From contig OZ245033.1 in NCBI GenBank assembly GCA_965224025.1, positions 4,032,001-4,096,000 on the forward strand: DNA of 64,000 bases. Direction: 5' to 3'. The notes beneath the pieces were generated by a model. That model searched no databases, was not told the DNA's origin, and saw only the letters and a list, made by a program, of their open reading frames with translations. Below, in pieces: positions 60,133 through 64,000 of this stretch (the stretch's first letter is position 1; every line of letters begins with the position of its first letter). This DNA comes from Candidatus Multivorans sp. GTDB lineage: Bacteria; Acidobacteriota; Thermoanaerobaculia; Multivoradales; Multivoraceae. The translations under genes and the position numbers were made by a program.

Positions 60133-61362
60133 ATGAGCAACAGCCGGGCAAGGCCAGTTCCAGTCGCGCGCAGGCAAGTAGTGGCGGCTGCAAGCGCGGC
60201 GGTGTTACCCGCCACCGCCTCGCCCATCCTCGGGATCCAGCTCACGGGAACAGCCGAACGTAAGCTGCGCGTCGAAGAAATGGAACTCACCTCCGTGCGA
60301 GTGACCGAACGCACCGCCTGGATGTTCGTTCACCTGCGCACGAACCTCGGACTCGCCGGACTTGGCGAGTGCTCGCTCGGCAACCGGCGCGAGCTGCCGG
60401 CTCTCGCTGCCGCCTTCGAAGCCGCCCGCGGCCGCTCGCCATTCGACATCGAGGCCTACCGTGCCGCCGGACGCGAGCGGGCCGCGAAGGGCGACATCTT
60501 CGAGGCGACCGCCTTCTCCGCGATCGAGCAGGCGCTCTGGGACCTGGTCGGCAAAGCCGTGGACGCACCCGTCCACCAGTTGACCGGCGGCCTGCTGGGC
60601 CAGAGTCTGTTCGCCTACGCGAACATCAACCGCGCCACCCGGGAACGCACACCGGCCGCCTTCGCCGCCAATGCGCGCGCCGCGGTCGGGGAGGGCTTCA
60701 CGGCGATCAAGGCCGCCCCGTTCGACGGCTTTCCAGCGCTCGATGCGCCCGCGTCCGAGGTGGCCGCGGCCACCGACCTCGGCGTCGCCTGCGTCGAAGC
60801 GATCCGAGCCGCGGTCGGGCTCGATATCGACATCCTGATCGACTGCCACAGCTTCTTCGATGTCGACCTGGCGATCGATGTCGCCGCGCGGCTGGAACCG
60901 CAGAACCTCGCCTGGTACGAGGAGCCGGTCGCCCCGACCGATGTCGCCGCGACAAAGGCGATCGAACGGAGCATCGAGCAGCGCATGTCCGGCGGCGAGT
61001 TCCTGTTCGGCATCGAGGGCTTCGGCCCGCTGTGTCGGGAACGCGCCGTCGACGTGATCATGCCCGACGTGAAGCACTGCGGCGGGCTCCACGAGGCCCG
61101 CAAGATCGCCGCCATCGCCGAACTCGACGGCGTCGCCGTATCACCCCACAACCCGAGCGGTCCGGTCGCCACCGCAGCTTCCGCCCAGCTCTGCGCCGGC
61201 CTGCCGAACTTCGAGATCCTGGAGATGCAGTGGGGCGAAGTCGGGTGGCGGGGCGACCTGGTCGAGCCGCCGGAACTCTTCGAGAACGGCTCGATCGCGG
61301 TTCCGGAAGGCCCCGGCCTCGGCGTCGAGTTGAACGAAGCGGTGGTCCGGGAACACGCCTGA
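60133..61362 (+). CDS. Mandelate racemase/galactonate dehydratase-family enzyme
   Basis: GLGEC, SAIEQALWDLVGK, KAAPF, IDCH, WYEEP, SGGE, MPDVKHCGG, PHNPSGP, GPGLGVELN. Confidence 0.9.
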   Translation: MSNSRARPVPVARRQVVAAASAAVLPATASPILGIQLTGTAERKLRVEEMELTSVRVTERTAWMFVHLRTNLGLAGLGECSLGNRRELPALAAAFEAARGRSPFDIEAYRAAGRERAAKGDIFEATAFSAIEQALWDLVGKAVDAPVHQLTGGLLGQSLFAYANINRATRERTPAAFAANARAAVGEGFTAIKAAPFDGFPALDAPASEVAAATDLGVACVEAIRAAVGLDIDILIDCHSFFDVDLAIDVAARLEPQNLAWYEEPVAPTDVAATKAIERSIEQRMSGGEFLFGIEGFGPLCRERAVDVIMPDVKHCGGLHEARKIAAIAELDGVAVSPHNPSGPVATAASAQLCAGLPNFEILEMQWGEVGWRGDLVEPPELFENGSIAVPEGPGLGVELNEAVVREHA

Positions 61363-61439
61363 GTTCAAACGGCTCGGCGCCGATACCTGTTCTTCCCGTA
61401 CTCGTTGACCCAACGGCGGGAGCTTCGCCACCGGCCATC

Positions 61440-61715
61440 GGGGTCACGGACCGCTCCAGGTACTCGCGGAGTTCCTTGTTGCCAACCGCACGGCCCTTGG
61501 CAAGCAACACGTCCACCTGCTTGAGCACCAGGGTGTTCCCCTCTATGGCCGTCGAGTGATGCGCCTCCTCGTACCAGATGCCCCGCCAGATGTCGGCTGC
61601 CTCCAGGGGAGTCGGAAGGCCACCCAAGCGCCCTCGCAAGTCGGCGGCATCGTTGTGGAGACGTCGGTAAACCTCAGGTCGCGACGGCCTTCCACGGCGC
61701 CCTCCCGCCTCAAAG
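61440..61715 (-). pseudogene. Fic-family protein 5' remnant
   Basis: EAHHSTAIEGNTL..VDVLL..GRAVGNKELREYLE then loss of similarity; no HPFxxGNGR. Confidence 0.7.
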
Positions 61716-61919
61716 TGTTCGTTCACAGCGAGTTGAATAGCACCGTACAAATTGCCGGCGGCAGCACCGATAGTTGTTCGCTGGAGGAGAACCTAGATGA
61801 ACCGTACACTTCAGGCCGAATTCGAAGCTGGCCACCGCGCTTCGAGCGGCGGATATAGTCCCGTCCGCCTTCCACCCTCAGGCGCACACAAACGCGCTCA
61901 ACCGTCCGCGGAGAAGCCC

Positions 61920-62684
61920 GTGCTCGAGATCCAGACAATCCCCGTCCTGAGCGACAACTACTCCTACCTGCTCCACGAGACCGGGAGCGGCAAGACGGCG
62001 GTCGTCGACCCGCCGGAGACCGGGCCGATCGAAGCGGCACTCACGGCGCGCGGTTTCGGGATCGACTGGCTCGTGATCACGCACCACCACATGGACCACA
62101 TCGCCGCGGTGCCGGCGCTGAAGGAGAAGTACGGCTGCCAGGTGGTCGGCCCCGCCGCCGACGAGCACCGGATTCCGGGCCTCGACCTGACCGTCACAGA
62201 AGGCGACCGCTTCCAGCTCGGCGAGGCCGAAGCGGAGGTCCTCGACACGCCCGGGCACACCACGGGGCACATCAGCTACTGGTTCGAGGGCGACCGCGCG
62301 CTGTTCTGCGCCGACACCCTGTTCGCGCTCGGCTGCGGCCGCGTCTTCGAGGGCACGATGGAACAGATGTGGTCGTCCCTGGCCAAGCTGCGCGCCCTGC
62401 CCGACACAGCACTCGTCCACTGCGGCCACGAGTACACCCTCTCGAACGCGCGCTTCGCCGTCACCGTCGACCCCGACAACGAGGAACTGATGGAACGGGT
62501 CGCCGAGATCGAGCAACTGCGGGCGGATGGCAAGCCCACGGTGCCCTCGGGCCTGGGACTCGAGAAGCGTACCAACCCCTTCCTGCGCCCCGACGATCCG
62601 GGCATCCGCGCGCTGCTCGGCATGGCCGGCGCCTCCGACGCCGAGGTCTTCGGCGAGATTCGAACCCGCAAGGACAACTCCTGA
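61920..62684 (+). CDS. gloB: Hydroxyacylglutathione hydrolase (glyoxalase II)
   Basis: LSDNYSYL, THHHMDH, TPGHTTGH, DTLFALGCGRVFEG, CGHEYT, EKRTNPFLR. Confidence 0.95.
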   Translation: MLEIQTIPVLSDNYSYLLHETGSGKTAVVDPPETGPIEAALTARGFGIDWLVITHHHMDHIAAVPALKEKYGCQVVGPAADEHRIPGLDLTVTEGDRFQLGEAEAEVLDTPGHTTGHISYWFEGDRALFCADTLFALGCGRVFEGTMEQMWSSLAKLRALPDTALVHCGHEYTLSNARFAVTVDPDNEELMERVAEIEQLRADGKPTVPSGLGLEKRTNPFLRPDDPGIRALLGMAGASDAEVFGEIRTRKDNS

Positions 62685-62748
62685 CCCCCAGATCCGGAAC
62701 ATGGGCCCAGGACCGCCTCCCGCTTTCACGAAGGTAGGAATCACTCGA

Positions 62749-63747
62749 ATGAATGAACAGGAAGCGGCCTGGCTGGCCCGAAGGCAGGAAGAGCCGATCG
62801 ACCCGGACCGGGAGATCTGCGACCCGCACCACCACCTCTGGGACTACCCGGAGTCCCGGTACATGCTGGACGAGCTGCACGGAGACACCGGCGCCGGGCA
62901 CAACGTGACCTCGACCGTGTTCGTGGAATGCGCCTCCGGCTACCGCGACGAGGGTCCCGAAGAAACGCGGGTCGTCGGCGAGACGGAGTTCGTGCTCGAG
63001 GTCGCCGAACGAAGCGATTCCGGAGGCGCGGCCATCGCCGGCATCGTCAGTCACGCCGACATGCTGCTCGGAGATCGCGCCAAGGGCGTGCTCGAGGCGC
63101 ACATCGAAGCCGGCGGCGGGCGCTTCCGCGGCATCCGGCACTCCGCCGCCTTCGACCCCAGCCCGCATATCCGGGTGTCCCACTCCAAGCCGCCGGAGGG
63201 CATGCTGCTCCGTTTCGACTTTCGGCGCGGTTTCGCCTGCCTGGGGCCCCTGGACCTCTCTTTCGACGCCTGGCTCTACCACCCGCAGATCGACCAGTTG
63301 ACCGACCTCGCCCACGCCTTCCCGGACACCCGGATCATCCTCGATCACGTCGGCGGTCCGCTCGGAATCGGGCCCTATCGCGGCCGGCGGCGCGAAGTCG
63401 AGGCGGACTGGCGCAAGTCGATCACCGAGCTCGCCCGCTGCGACAACGTCGTTGTCAAGCTCGGCGGGCTGCCGATGAAGATCTGCGGCTTCGGCTGGCA
63501 CAAGCAGGACGCGCCGCCGTCCTCGGCCAAGACCGCGGAGGCTCATCGCCCGTACTACCTCCACTGCATCGACCGTTTCGGCGTCGACCGCTGCATGTTC
63601 GAATCGAACTTCCCGGTCGACCGGGCGGGCGGTTCCTACACCCTGCTCTGGAACTCCTTCCAGCGCATCGTGGCGGACTTCTCCGAGGACGAGAAGGCGG
63701 CGCTGTTCCGCGACACGGCTCGTCGCGTCTACCGCCTGGGAGACTGA
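62749..63747 (+). CDS. Amidohydrolase-2 family protein
   Basis: DPHHHLW, TVFVEC, FRGIRH, ILDHVGGP, VKLGG, FGVDRCMFESNFPVD. Confidence 0.9.
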   Translation: MNEQEAAWLARRQEEPIDPDREICDPHHHLWDYPESRYMLDELHGDTGAGHNVTSTVFVECASGYRDEGPEETRVVGETEFVLEVAERSDSGGAAIAGIVSHADMLLGDRAKGVLEAHIEAGGGRFRGIRHSAAFDPSPHIRVSHSKPPEGMLLRFDFRRGFACLGPLDLSFDAWLYHPQIDQLTDLAHAFPDTRIILDHVGGPLGIGPYRGRRREVEADWRKSITELARCDNVVVKLGGLPMKICGFGWHKQDAPPSSAKTAEAHRPYYLHCIDRFGVDRCMFESNFPVDRAGGSYTLLWNSFQRIVADFSEDEKAALFRDTARRVYRLGD

Positions 63748-63766
63748 GCCCGAGGTCCGGTCCCGC

Positions 63767-64000
63767 ATGTCGCGACTCGAGAAGACGCTGGACGAGGTCC
63801 GCGGCCTGATCGCGGAAGACGGCATCGCGTCCGAACTGCACGGAGACGGCGGGTTCCTGTGCCGCTCGGTCGCTTCCCTGGATCAGGCCGGCCCGGACCA
63901 GTTGTCGTTCGCCAAGAACGAGCGGACGCTTGGAGCCACGGACACCCGCGCCGGCGCCCTCGTCGTGCCGGCCGTGACCGGCCGGCTTGCGGCCCACCAA
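63767..64000 (+). CDS. lpxD: UDP-3-O-acylglucosamine N-acyltransferase, N-terminal part
   Basis: Own translation: ..LHGDG..VASLDQAGPDQLSFAKN..TRAGALVV matches the LpxD N-terminal domain; runs off window. Confidence 0.7.
   Translation, partial: MSRLEKTLDEVRGLIAEDGIASELHGDGGFLCRSVASLDQAGPDQLSFAKNERTLGATDTRAGALVVPAVTGRLAAHQ

Overview
High-GC bacterial chromosomal window, probably from an Acidobacteriota-like organism (inferred from tandem VWFA-related 'acidobacterial' domain proteins, several PQQ quinoproteins and REP-like 26-mers). The backbone carries fabF, an AGCS symporter, a secreted M16 peptidase pair, CIRCE-controlled groES-groEL, an opp/dpp ABC operon, hflX, rne, a Mo-hydroxylase large subunit, a putative lanthanide-type PQQ alcohol dehydrogenase cluster, gloB and the start of lpxD. 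Directly after the groEL terminator lies a ~12.6 kb decayed accessory region with the most unusual content: (i) a secreted Cys-rich protein ending in a FrpC-type Asp-Pro self-processing module, split by an ISL3 element with an 8-bp target duplication; (ii) a PP-loop (Dph6-like) ATPase-AraC fusion flanked by two homologous promoter regions; (iii) a 57-aa secreted peptide with a C-C-CC-C-C knottin-like framework, absent from the ORF track, between a beta-propeller lipoprotein and an ABC export module downstream of BlaI/BlaR1. After rne is a ~450-nt unit with promoter-like and terminator elements, an extended Shine-Dalgarno, a 14-codon micro-ORF and tandem covarying hairpins (candidate novel structured RNA). 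Many accessory genes are frameshifted or deleted while housekeeping genes are intact. All calls are by eye; no searches were run.
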